Assembly: GCA_963807635.1 (NCBI GenBank)
Contig: CAWEDJ010000060.1
Location: 1 to 36,757, forward strand
Direction of reading: 5' to 3'
From: an uncultured cyanobacterium
GTDB taxonomy: Bacteria > Cyanobacteriota > Cyanobacteriia > Cyanobacteriales > Microcystaceae
DNA length: 36,757 nt
The stretch's first letter is position 1. Each line of letters starts with the position of its first letter. A program made the position numbers and the translations under genes. Positions 1-9,450 of the stretch are shown one piece after another. The notes beneath the pieces were generated by a model. The model saw nothing but the letters and a program-made list of their open reading frames with translations. It searched no databases and had not been told where the DNA came from.

Positions 1-3
1 ATT

Positions 4-170
4 GGGATCTGTTTTTGAGACAGTTGACATCCTCCCCGCCCTAAAGGGCTAGGATTCCCAAACCTCACGATTTAGGTTTCTGTTTCATAGCACCCACCTT
101 AACAGATTTACTCTGTTCTAGTCTTACGGTCGCTCCACAGACTGAAACTCTGCTAAGTCCAAGCAGCCAA
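4..170 (-). ncRNA. Putative TnpB reRNA/omegaRNA: scaffold overlapping the tnpB 3' end and right end, plus a flank-derived guide (CTGTCTCAAAAACAGATCCC)
   Basis: Inferred from known TnpB biology and the position of the right end. Boundaries are approximate. Confidence 0.5.
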
Positions 171-1339
171 AATATTTTTACTCGCGTTCACATCCCGATT
201 GTGGTTAGAACCACATTCAGGACAAGTCCATTCGCGATATATTTAAGAGGCATTTTATCGACAATATTGCCCACAGGAAAACTACAACGCTTGGAACTGG
301 GGAACCATCGGTCAATAGCGACCAAGTTCCTTCCGTACCAACGACACTTGTAGTTCAGTTGTCGAATCAACTCACTCCACCCGCTATCCGAAATAGCCAA
401 GGCGAGTTTGTGATTTTTGACCATATTCTTAACAGCTCAACGACTCAACAGCAATTGTTTGATTTTCGCGTACCAATTGAGTCGTAGTTTTGTGCAAGAA
501 ATCTTTTCGAGAATCCGAGATTTTCAGGTGAATTTTAGCGACCTTTATTCTCCTCTCGCTTTTTCTCTTATTCTTGGAACCTTTCTGTTTACGAGAAAGA
601 TTCTTTTTGCGCTTTCTTCAAGCGTTTACGATGCTTTTTGAAATGCTTGGGATTAGCGAGCTTTTCACCATTACTGGTCGCAATCAGGCTGGTTACTCCC
701 AAATCTATTCCGACAGCATTCTCGCTAACGGACAAGGGTTGAATGGTTGGATCATCGAATCTAATCGAGATATGCCAACGTCCAGAGGGGTGAAGGCTGA
801 GAGTCTGTTACACTGCTTGGTTCACACTCCTTGGGAATTTGTCTAGACCATCTAAATCGGCAATGCTTCAGAGCATTTGGCAAGATAAATTTCTTTATTC
901 TTAAAATTTAAAAGCCGATTTAGTAAAATCGGCACTGCCACCATTTCGTTTCTTCTTGAAGTTGGGATATTTAGCCCTTCCTGCGAAGAAATTAGTGAAA
1001 AGCAGTCTGGAGATGTCGAAGTCCTTGTTTGCATGTGGGACTGAGCTAACCTCATTGAGAAAATCAAGCTTCTTCTTGCTTTTTCCACTGAGTAAGCATG
1101 GTAGAGGTTTCGGGATATCCGACTCTTTTTCTTGTCTTTCGTACCAAGCTTGTGTTTTTGTGGAGAGCTTTGTTGTACACCAATCTTCACACAGCCCTTA
1201 GTCTGCCGTCAACAGCGACTCTTGCCTCTAGCGTTGGGTAACATCGGTAACGAAAAAGCTTTTTGCCATATTTCACAGACTAACATATTAATGACAAAGC
1301 CGTCCTAAAGGACGTTGGCTTTTCAAACCCATTTTTCTG
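24..1339 (-). mobile_element. IS200/IS605-family element, tnpB-only (IS1341-like), non-autonomous
   Basis: Minus-strand right end reads ...GAATCCTAGCCCTTTAGGGCGGGGAGGATGTCAA (hairpin, then terminal TCAA at 27..24). Left end has the hairpin AAGCCAACGTCCTTTAGGACGGCTTT (~1296-1322), preceded by TTCAT (1344..1340). tnpB fills the interior; no tnpA and no target duplication. Confidence 0.85.
65..1269 (-). pseudogene. tnpB: TnpB RNA-guided nuclease, multiply frameshifted (real decay or sequencing error)
   Basis: Fragments stitched across frames: start MAKSF; GCVRLVYNKALH; FKFKNKEIYLAKC; RuvC-I region GIDLG; MVKNHKLALAISDSGWSELIRQLNYKCRWYGR; SSKRCS..CPEC Zn finger; RDVNASKNI; stop at 67..65. Confidence 0.9.
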
Positions 1340-2665
1340 ATGAATCCGATGAATCTAGGGGCGATCGCGGAGTTTCACTTTCTGAGGGTGTTTCTTCGGG
1401 CTTTTTCTTCAAACAAAGCCTTTTCTTCTAAAATTGGCAACTTCTATCGTCTCCTCAACATAGAGTGAAAATTTATAGGATGTTTGGGAAGAATTGGTCT
1501 ATGGGTTCCTCGGTTTCGGAAATTTCGGGACTTTCTTCTTCATGGTCTTCTTCTTTTTCTTCCTCAGAGGCTATTTCGAGAGGCGTTTCGGCGATCGCTT
1601 TTCGATTATGGTTGGTGCCGATGGATCGGTAATTATTTGAGAGATTTCTGAATCATTCTCTTCTTCCCAATCATCATCCCAATTTTCTTCTATTTCGTTT
1701 TCGGCTAAGGTCTCGGTAGAAGGAACCCCTTCAGACAATTCGACGGTTTCAATTTCAGTAATTACTTCCGTCACTGAGATATCGGATTCTTCGGAGTCCG
1801 AATTTTCGGTGGTGATCACGCTCTCTTGAACAGTTTCAGTCTTGATGACCTCGACGGGATTGGTTGCTTCCTTGGGTTCCCCAGCATCCTCCTCAACGGT
1901 TTCGATCGCCTCTAGGGCGGCAGTAATAGTTTCCGTTTTAGCAGGTGTGGGCTTTTTCCCGGTATAATTTGCTAAAAAATCCCTGTTTTTTAGGTTTGGC
2001 AACCGTTGAGAAGTTCTAGCTCTGGGCGGGGTGATGGTAGCTTCAGTTTTTTCGGGCAAAGGGGCTTCACCACTACTTTCGATCGCTTCTCTCGTTAAGA
2101 CTGGCTCCACCGCTTCAACTTCTGGGGTAACAGGACTTTCAGGCTCAACCGTCTTCTCAGGAATTTCCTGTGCGATTTCCTCATTGGCATTAGGGGCGAT
2201 CGCGTCTTCTGGTGATACCGATTCAGGAATTTCAGTTTCCACAACAAAAGGAGTTTCAGCAGGCGTTTCCGTCAAAGATTCCGTTGTCTCGACAGGCGTT
2301 ACCGTTTCAACCGCAGTCTTAGCAATGGGTTGGACTTTCGCTTTTTTCTTCCCGCAATCCGCCCCCGATCCAATTGAGCAAAGAAAAGGTTTTAATGCCG
2401 CTTGTTTTTCGGGATTGGCGATCGCGTCCCGCAAAGAAATCGTTTGCCAGGCAAAAGGACAAAACCAACACCACTGCCGCCATCTGTCCTAACAAAGCAC
2501 CGCCCGTAAAGCGTCCCGCACACACCCAGAGAATTAAGCCATAGAATAATCCCACCCCACTCCACAAGAAATCATCCTTACGATGTAACTTGGGGGCAAA
2601 AACTCAGAAAAGAAGAGGACAACACTAGCCAGTGCAATCGCGATCGCTAAGATATATGCCAACAT
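1340..2665 (-). CDS. ycf66: Ycf66-family membrane protein with a long acidic low-complexity tail (frameshifted here; 3' end apparently interrupted by the IS)
   Basis: ATG at 2665 gives MLAYILAIAIALASVVLFF..LHRKDDFLWSGVGLFYGLILWVCAGRFTGGALLGQ (Ycf66_N pattern), continuing into the E/T/P-rich ORF 1571..2434 and further acidic fragments to ~1340. Confidence 0.75.
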
Positions 2666-2785
2666 GAAGGGTTGCTCCGTCGAGATTCCTTATCCCATTT
2701 TGAAGCATCTTGTCCGTTCTGTTACAGTTTTTTCTATTTACTAGGATTGTTTTTGAGTTTCCAAAACATTAAGAATCGTAATTGG

Positions 2786-2799
2786 GTAGTCATTAATAC
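2786..2799. promoter_or_regulatory. Candidate NtcA site GTAGTCATTAATAC
   Basis: Exact GTA-N8-TAC in the divergent intergenic region upstream of the ABC ATPase. No -10 box at canonical ~22-nt spacing was found. Confidence 0.5.
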
Positions 2800-2891
2800 C
2801 TTAAATTTAAGTAGATTTTGCCAGGCTATTGTTACACCAAGTTCTTTTAACTAGCTGGTTGTAATTAAAACATCAAATAAATCTTAGACTT

Positions 2892-2937
2892 GATCTCCCC
2901 TGTCCCTCTTAATAAGGAGAGTGCCGATAGGTGGGGA
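2892..2937. repeat. Degenerate cyanobacterial short dispersed palindromic repeat
   Basis: CTCCCCTGTCCCTCTTAATAAGGAGAGTGCCGATAGGTGGGGA resembles the common CCCCCTT-AATAAGGGGG type intergenic repeat. Confidence 0.5.
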
Positions 2938-3013
2938 ATTTTACAATTTTCAACCCCTAATTACTTAGACATATTACTTAGACATCCCTGAAATCGCAAA
3001 AGGAGTTCAATCC

Positions 3014-4561
3014 ATGACCACTGAAACCCTCAGTCCCGATGTTCAGACCATCGATCCTCCCGAACTCGAAGTCGTTAATCTGACGAAACAATTTGGTTCC
3101 TTTACCGCCCTGGATCAGGTTTCTCTCAAGGTTAAATCTGGCTCTTTTCACGCGCTCCTTGGCGAAAATGGGGCAGGAAAAAGCACCCTCGTTAAATGCG
3201 TCATGGGTTTCTATACTCCCACTCACGGTGATGTTTTAGTGGGTAAACACTCCCGCGAAATTAATACTCCCCGCGATGCCCACCACTACGGAATCGGCAT
3301 GGTTTATCAGCATTTTACTTCAGTCCCCTCCATGACCGTCGCTGAAAATTTAGTCCTGTCTCGCCTGGATTCCGATAATCTCATCAACTGGAAACAGGAA
3401 CATCAAGACTTGCAAGCTTTCATGGAGACGACCCCCTTTCGGATTCCCCTGAATACGCCCGTCGCCCAACTCGCCGCAGGTCAAAAGCAAAAGTTAGAAA
3501 TTCTCAAACAGATCTATCTCAAAAGCCGCATTCTGATTTTGGATGAACCTACTTCGGTATTAACGCCCCAGGAAGCAGATGAAATCTTAGGATTACTGCG
3601 AAAAGAAGTGGACGAGAAACGTTTAAGTATTTTGATGATTAGTCATAAATTTCGAGAAGTCACCGCTTTTGCCGATGAAATTACCGTCCTACGCAAAGGC
3701 AAATTAGCAGGTCATGGCATTGTCAAAGAATTGACCGTCGCTGATATGAGTCAGATGATGATGGGGGAGAAAAAAGAGCCAGAATCCATCGAAAAGACCA
3801 TTCAACAAGAAAATAAGACTGTTTTAGAAGTTAAGGAACTTCATGCTAATAAAGATAACGGTTTACCCGCCCTAGAAGGCATTAATTTAACGGTTAATCA
3901 GGGAGAAATTGTGGGGATTGCGGGGGTGAGTGGTAATGGGCAACGGGAATTGGTCGAGGTTTTAGCAGGACAACGCCCTTTAACCAGGGGTCAATTATTT
4001 GTCAATGGTCAAATCTATGGCGCGACCCGTGCGGAAATGTTCCGTCATCAGGTTTTTGCTCTTCCTGAAGAACCTCTGAGAAATGCCTGTGTACCGTCGA
4101 TGAGTGTGGCGGAAAATATGGCGTTGCGAACCTTTGATCGTCCTCCCCAGGCAAAGGCGGGTTTTTTATTGATCCTCCGAGCCATTCGAGACGCGGCTAA
4201 AGGTCTGATTGAAACGTTTTCGGTTAAAACCCCTTCCCCTGAAACACCGATCGCGAATTTGTCGGGCGGTAATGTACAAAGGGCTGTTTTAGCGAGGGAA
4301 CTGTCGGCGAGTCATATTAACCTTTTGATTGCGGCAAATCCTTGTTTTGGGTTAGATTTTCGAGCAGTGGAGTATATTCACGGTCAAATTGGGTCAGCAC
4401 GAAATCGGGGGGTTGCAGTGTTGTTGGTGAGTGAAGATTTGGATGAACTTCTCAAATTATCTGACCGTATTCTAGTAATAAGTGAGGGAAAAATTGTCTA
4501 TGAAAGCGCGATCGCCGAAGCCGATTTTGGCATAATTGGGCAACGGATGGCGGGCCATTAA
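3014..4561 (+). CDS. ABC importer ATP-binding protein, two NBDs (CUT2/BMP-associated, NupA/YufO-like)
   Basis: Walker A GENGAGKS; GIGMVYQHF; ILILDEPT; second degenerate NBD with GIAGVSGNGQ, LSGGNVQR and LLVSEDLDE. Confidence 0.92.
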   Translation: MTTETLSPDVQTIDPPELEVVNLTKQFGSFTALDQVSLKVKSGSFHALLGENGAGKSTLVKCVMGFYTPTHGDVLVGKHSREINTPRDAHHYGIGMVYQHFTSVPSMTVAENLVLSRLDSDNLINWKQEHQDLQAFMETTPFRIPLNTPVAQLAAGQKQKLEILKQIYLKSRILILDEPTSVLTPQEADEILGLLRKEVDEKRLSILMISHKFREVTAFADEITVLRKGKLAGHGIVKELTVADMSQMMMGEKKEPESIEKTIQQENKTVLEVKELHANKDNGLPALEGINLTVNQGEIVGIAGVSGNGQRELVEVLAGQRPLTRGQLFVNGQIYGATRAEMFRHQVFALPEEPLRNACVPSMSVAENMALRTFDRPPQAKAGFLLILRAIRDAAKGLIETFSVKTPSPETPIANLSGGNVQRAVLARELSASHINLLIAANPCFGLDFRAVEYIHGQIGSARNRGVAVLLVSEDLDELLKLSDRILVISEGKIVYESAIAEADFGIIGQRMAGH

Positions 4562-4564
4562 AAA
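4505..4564 (+). repeat. 60-bp direct repeat, copy 1 (last codons and stop of the ABC gene; HIP1 near its start)
   Basis: AGCGCGATCGCCGAAGCCGATTTTGGCATAATTGGGCAACGGATGGCGGGCCATTAAAAA; 58/60 identical to 5140..5199. Confidence 0.97.
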
Positions 4565-4581
4565 GAGGGTGAACAACGGGC

Positions 4582-4612
4582 TACAATAATACTTGTACTT
4601 ATAGAGGTACAA
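4582..4612 (+). promoter_or_regulatory. TA promoter -10 (TACAAT) and operator palindrome TTGTAC-N8-GTACAA
   Basis: TACAAT at 4582-4587 and an inverted repeat at 4593-4612 just before yefM. GTAC-core palindromes are typical of YefM/Axe autorepression. Confidence 0.65.
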
Positions 4613-4620
4613 CTCTAGCG

Positions 4621-4875
4621 ATGAACATAGTCAACTTTAGCGAAGCAAAAAGTAACTTTAAATCGGTATTAGATACTGTATCTAATGACAAAAATTGTGC
4701 TGTAATTGTTAGAAGGGATGCAGAAGAAGCTGTAGTCATGTCTAAAAGTTATTATGACAGTTTGATGGAAACCGTTTATCTTTTAAAATCTCCCGCAAAT
4801 GCTCAACATTTAGCAGAAGCGATCGCCGAGTACAAGGCAGGAAAAACACAAAAACACGATTTAATTGATGCGTAA
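4621..4875 (+). CDS. yefM: YefM/Phd antitoxin
   Basis: 84 aa, MNIVNFSEAKSNFKSVLD..SLMETVYLLKSPANAQHL, a YefM/Axe pattern; overlaps the toxin start. Confidence 0.93.
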   Translation: MNIVNFSEAKSNFKSVLDTVSNDKNCAVIVRRDAEEAVVMSKSYYDSLMETVYLLKSPANAQHLAEAIAEYKAGKTQKHDLIDA

Positions 4876-5131
4876 ATTAGCTTGGGGTAGCAAAGCGTGG
4901 AAAGATTATCTTTATTGGCAATCTCAGGATAAAAAAACTTTAAAAAGAATTAATAAGCTTATTGAAGATACTTTATCTAATCCCTTTGTCGGCATAGGGA
5001 AACCCGAACCTCTGAAAGAGAATTTGTCAGGTTTTTGGTCTCGTCGCATTGATGAAACAAATCGTCTTGTCTATGCTATTGATGATGATTATCTGACAAT
5101 TCTTTCTTGTCGCTATCATTACCCAGAATAA
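4868..5131 (+). CDS. yoeB: YoeB/Txe mRNA interferase toxin
   Basis: AWKDYLYWQSQDKK..GIGKPEPLKENLSGFWSRRIDETNRLVY..SCRYHY. Confidence 0.95.
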   Translation: MRKLAWGSKAWKDYLYWQSQDKKTLKRINKLIEDTLSNPFVGIGKPEPLKENLSGFWSRRIDETNRLVYAIDDDYLTILSCRYHYPE

Positions 5132-5139
5132 AAATAATC

Positions 5140-5199
5140 AGCGCGATCGCCGAAGCCGATTTTGGCATGATTGGGCAACGGATGGCAGGCCATTAAAAA
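5140..5199 (+). repeat. 60-bp direct repeat, copy 2 (orphan 3' end of the ABC gene)
   Basis: Encodes SAIAEADFGMIGQRMAGH*; two differences from copy 1, both at third codon positions. Confidence 0.97.
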
Positions 5200-5215
5200 A
5201 AGACAAAAGGCTCGT

Positions 5216-5245
5216 GGGGACATGATATTTTATGTCCTTTGTTTT
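5216..5245 (+). terminator. Intrinsic terminator
   Basis: Stem-loop GGACATGA-TATT-TTATGTCC followed by TTTGTTTT. Confidence 0.6.
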
Positions 5246-5265
5246 AATCGATAATTGAGGGAAAA

Positions 5266-6048
5266 CTAATTAGCCCGTGCCAAAGCTTGAGTAATAACTT
5301 CATAGGTCGCTTTATCATAAAAGCGAGAGTCTGTAATAGTATTGCCAGTGCTATCAGTAACAGCCGATTTTAATCCAGCAGTTTTAGTTGGTTGAGTATT
5401 CAAAGCAGATGCAGAAGCATGAATTTCTACAGATTTTCTACTGTTACTGGTTCCAGTCGTATTATTAACACAGACATAGAAACCTTTTGGAGTCGTGCTG
5501 GTCGTGCTGGGAATTTGCGTCCATCCCGTAGTCGCTCCATTTGCACAACCCGTAGTTAAAGGTGCATCGGCAATCAGATCAACTAACAAATGTACTCCCC
5601 ATGTACCTGTATAAGCACCATTTGAATCAAGACCTGGCCCCCAACGATAAATCGCTAAATTTCCTAACCAGGGATCGCCAGGATTTTGCTGAGTATAGTA
5701 AATAATATCTTCTGAAAGGCCTGGTACTCTTATTGCTAAGATAACTGTTTTTCCTGTTTGAGAAAGATCGGCAAAAGTAGGCGCATTTAACTCTAAATTG
5801 GAAAAAGAAACATCATCTCTAATCAAAGAAGCTGTTTTAACTTCTTCACTAATAAAATCAACGGCGCGACCAAGATTGTATTGAATATCGCCAGCCGTAT
5901 TAGCCGCAACATTTTCTCTGGCAATCACAAAAATCCCATAGCCAGCCGCCATCACCACAAAAAACATTCCTACAGAAGCAAGGATCAGTTCAATAAGGGT
6001 AAAACCAGAATTATTTGTTTTTCTGATGAGATTAAGATAGTTTGTCAT
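5266..6048 (-). CDS. Minor type IV pilin, PilW-like
   Basis: Class III signal SG|FTLIELIL plus hydrophobic helix; IIYY..IYRWGP motif; last gene of the pilin cluster. Confidence 0.85.
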   Translation of the reverse strand: MTNYLNLIRKTNNSGFTLIELILASVGMFFVVMAAGYGIFVIARENVAANTAGDIQYNLGRAVDFISEEVKTASLIRDDVSFSNLELNAPTFADLSQTGKTVILAIRVPGLSEDIIYYTQQNPGDPWLGNLAIYRWGPGLDSNGAYTGTWGVHLLVDLIADAPLTTGCANGATTGWTQIPSTTSTTPKGFYVCVNNTTGTSNSRKSVEIHASASALNTQPTKTAGLKSAVTDSTGNTITDSRFYDKATYEVITQALARAN

Positions 6049-6060
6049 AAAAAATAAGTC

Positions 6061-6651
6061 CTAAATAGATGATTTACAGTAATCTGAATCAACACCGCTC
6101 GCATTTCCTATCGGTGGTGCAATGTCTTCGGTGTAAATACCACTTCTCATAATTCCCAAAAAGTTTGACAAAACTAAACAATATTTAGCGTGAGTTTTAG
6201 AAGAGTGAAATACAATAGTCCCCAGATTGGTACTATTCCCTTTGTAAGAAAAACGGATTGTTTTGCCTGGAAAATTTTCTGTAACGTTTACTCCACTTAG
6301 GTCAACTCCTGAGCTATTCAAACAGCCGATATACTTAGTTGCAGTGTCCACAGAAAGATAGGTCGGATTAATATCCGTATTCATTACAACTCTGCATTCC
6401 TTTCCCATTTTAATCGCATTTCGTTGTGCTTCCTGTAAAGCTCCCTTGACCTCATAAAGTGAGTTTTGAACCTTATTTTTGTTCATAATGTCCAACATAT
6501 TGACAATAGCAATAGACGCTAAAATTCCTGTTATCAAAGACACAACAATAGTTTCGAGGAGTGTCCATCCTGAATTCTTATAAACCCGATCCGAACCAAA
6601 ACGGCCACACTTGTTTGAAAAAAAGACTAGGTAGAAAAATGTTTTCAGCAT
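6061..6651 (-). CDS. Minor type IV pilin, FimT/FimU-like (paralog 2)
   Basis: SG|WTLLETIVV; ALQEAQRNAIKMGKEC; FSYKGN; CLVLSNFLGIMRSG. Confidence 0.85.
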   Translation of the reverse strand: MLKTFFYLVFFSNKCGRFGSDRVYKNSGWTLLETIVVSLITGILASIAIVNMLDIMNKNKVQNSLYEVKGALQEAQRNAIKMGKECRVVMNTDINPTYLSVDTATKYIGCLNSSGVDLSGVNVTENFPGKTIRFSYKGNSTNLGTIVFHSSKTHAKYCLVLSNFLGIMRSGIYTEDIAPPIGNASGVDSDYCKSSI

Positions 6652-6731
6652 CCTGATTAATTCTCCTTAACAGTACAAGATTAGAATTGTCAAGTATTGT
6701 ATTAAGATTTTTCAGGATTTTTCGGGTTCGG

Positions 6732-6789
6732 GTTCAAAGATGTTACTTTTTTTCCCTGAAAGCATTATTCTGTCGTTCAAAGATGTTAC
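6732..6789. repeat. Two exact 15-bp direct repeats GTTCAAAGATGTTAC (6732-6746, 6775-6789)
   Basis: Seen directly in the gap between the two FimT-like genes. Confidence 0.85.
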
Positions 6790-6811
6790 CTTTTTGCTGT
6801 GAAATGAAATT

Positions 6812-7360
6812 TCAAAAAGATGAAGTACAAGTTGTTCCGCTATAAGTACCTGATCGCATAATACCGATCCCTGCGGAAATGACTAGACAACGTTGGTCAA
6901 CTGTTTTTGTGGGATTACTAAGGATAAGGGTTAAATCACTCGTATTACTGGGATTTCCTTTATAAGAAAAACTGACACTTGTTGTACCAGAGGGGGCAGT
7001 TGCAAGCGTCGTACCAGAACTAAGTGTCACAGGACTCGTTATACAGACATTAGTAGAAGTGTTGGTACTGCTGACTCCCGTAGAACTTAAATTAACAGTA
7101 CAGGTTCGTCCATTCTTCATGGAAGAGCGTTGAGCTTCTCGTATCGCGCCAGTAACTTCGTTCATACTGGATTGCAGGGAATTTCTCGCCATCAAGCCTG
7201 TCATCTGAGGTAGTACCGCCGCCGCCAGAATACCTGTTATGACTGAAATCACCGCCATCTCGATCAGAGTCCAACCCTGATTAGGAACAGCTAAGGGCTT
7301 GGGGAGGCATAACTTCTGTATAAAGTGTTGCCAGTATAGACGTGTTATTTGTAGTATCAT
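6812..7360 (-). CDS. Minor type IV pilin, FimT/FimU-like (paralog 1)
   Basis: QG|WTLIEMAVI; AIREAQRSSMKNGRTC; FSYKGN; CLVISAGIGIMRSG. Start uncertain because it overlaps the upstream gene. Confidence 0.85.
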   Translation of the reverse strand: MILQITRLYWQHFIQKLCLPKPLAVPNQGWTLIEMAVISVITGILAAAVLPQMTGLMARNSLQSSMNEVTGAIREAQRSSMKNGRTCTVNLSSTGVSSTNTSTNVCITSPVTLSSGTTLATAPSGTTSVSFSYKGNPSNTSDLTLILSNPTKTVDQRCLVISAGIGIMRSGTYSGTTCTSSF

Positions 7361-7944
7361 CTTGAATTCGATCCGTGTCGCTTGTACTATCAGTTGGAAG
7401 TCCTACTCGATAGGTAATTTTTAAAATTTGGGGATTGTCATTGTAGCCTTCAGTTATACGAACTAAGCGATATTCTTTGCCCATCAGTTTTTTGGTTGTA
7501 TTAGCAGAAAATGTTGTTGATGTTTCAGATGTTTTAACAAGCTGAGACTGTCTTCTTCCCACAGGAGTAGTAGTTACGGAAACAGCAGCAGGAGATGTCC
7601 CTGTCATTGTCGTATTAGATCCTAAAGTAGACTGTAAATCTCCAGCATAAGAAGTAGTAAAGACGGAGTTGCATTTGTTTTTGGGATCTGATAATTGAGA
7701 AGCAGCCAAAGATTTAACCTGCTCTAAATCTTGCTGAATCCAATAGGTTGCTTGAGCCTGTCTTTCTGCTTTAAGTTGAAAAAGCGTTGCATACAAAAGT
7801 CCATTCAATGCACCCATCATCGTAAAAAAGACCACCATCATGGCCACTAAAACCTCTAGCATCGACAAGCCAGAATCGGGAGAAGAGCGATCCCGATCGG
7901 CATAGAAACAGAATTAATTTTAAAGGCATAGATTTATTTGGCAT
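7281..7944 (-). CDS. Minor type IV pilin, PilV-like (one frameshift in the leader, ~7895)
   Basis: GGAGG then ATG at 7944 (MPNKSMPLKL..); after the shift DSG|LSMLEVLVAMM..QATYWIQQDLEQVK. Confidence 0.8.
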
Positions 7945-7963
7945 TGGGTTTAATCTTCCTCCT

Positions 7964-9390
7964 TTATCGCTGTTTCCGTTGCCAAGTAGAAATATTTCTG
8001 AGGATAGGCGGGGCATTTTTGGGCTGTAATCCAATTTCATCCCAGCGAGCTGCTTGATAAACGACAATATTAGAAGTAGAAGAGCCACAGCCTCCGCTAT
8101 TTGACCAATCGTATGCCCAAACCGTCCCTTTGATCCCTCCTACACCACCCCCCGATCCCCCTATTCCAACTGTATAAGCGGGCGCGAGAATAAAGGTTTC
8201 TAGGCGATTATTTCCAGATAAACAAATTTTGGGTCGGGTAGGAGGCGTTACTGTTGCTTGGGCATAACCAAAAATTTGGAAATCCGTTGGTTGACAACCC
8301 GCGAATCGCTTGATTACTGGCATCCGTGCATTTATGAATAATATCGCTATTTGCTCCCACATTAATACTTCCATCAAGATAAAACGTCACTCGTTGGCCT
8401 GGCGTAATCGTAAGATTATTTGAGCCTGAATTGAAGGCAATTTCATTAACCCTGTATTCATAGACAGAAACCGATTGACCCGCGATCGTTTTTGTGATTG
8501 CCGTATCCCCAGCACGGGGTAAGGTAATATTTCCAGAGGGATTATTCAGGGTATTCGCAGGGGAAGGATTGGAGGGTAAATCAGGAAATTGTAGATTCGT
8601 ATATTTAGCGGTATAGGGTTGATTCGTAGTAGGGTCTGTTCCTGTTACCGAAACTGTACTGGGAGAAGTTGTACAATCTCCTAATAAAACATCTCCTTGA
8701 ATCGTATTACTGCCAGGGCTACCACTAGATAGCCAGACTCCAGGGACTCCTGTGGTTAGGGGTGGACTGGGATCTACGGGAATTTGGACTTGTAAACGAG
8801 CATTGGAATTACTCAGTTGATTACTATTTTTCGCCCTTCCTTCTACGGTTAGCGTTGCTGTACCAGGAGCAACTCCCAGGGTCGGTGTGTATTGATAACT
8901 AATGAGTCGATATTCTCCCTGGTCTGTATTACTACTATTGACTGGGAACCAACTCTGATCAGTCGCGATCGCGGTGACCTTGGTTAAATCCGTACTAGTT
9001 CCACGCAATCTGGCTCGTGAGGGTATTCACCGTTGCCCAACTTTGGGGTGGGGGTGAAGAGGTAACACTAGGATCTTGGCATTGACCACTACCATTGCGG
9101 GAAACACAATCAGGAAACATGGAAATATAACGATTTTGATTGATTAAATCTAAAACACGAGTTACCCCTGTTTCTGCGATCGCCAATCCCTCGGCAGTCG
9201 ATTTTTGAGCAATCGTATTTTTTTGATTATTTTGGGAACTGGCCATAATCCCCAAACTGGCCACTATCAGCACTGAGACCCATCATGATGACCAACGGTA
9301 AAACAAAACCGTGATCGCCCTTAGACAGGCTCAGTTGACCAAGAGATCCGAGTTTGAGGTGGGAACGAAGAAAAAAAGAAAAGGATTCAT
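7964..9390 (-). CDS. Large PilX-like minor pilin (frameshifts ~9275, ~9000, ~8305)
   Basis: ATG at 9390..DHG|FVLPLVIMMGL (no Glu5, as in PilX/GspK); LAIAETGVTR PilX-N pattern. ORFs 8995..9273, 8208..9008 and 7964..8377 join into one protein. Confidence 0.78.
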
Positions 9391-9450
9391 AAGCGTACTA
9401 GGTACATCCATAACCCATAGGTCGGGAAACAGAATTTCCTACTTCTCTAT

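Noticed and set aside
852..1201. ORFs 852..1190 and 956..1201 as a tnpA transposase
   Set aside because: No HUH/Y1 motif; they are off-frame or antisense readings of the tnpB 5' half.
2031..2492. Ser/Thr-rich 153-aa plus-strand ORF
   Set aside because: Antisense shadow of the E/T-rich ycf66 tail.
2861..2874. GTAATTAAAACATC as a second NtcA site
   Set aside because: The right half-site (ATC) does not match TAC; too weak in AT-rich DNA.
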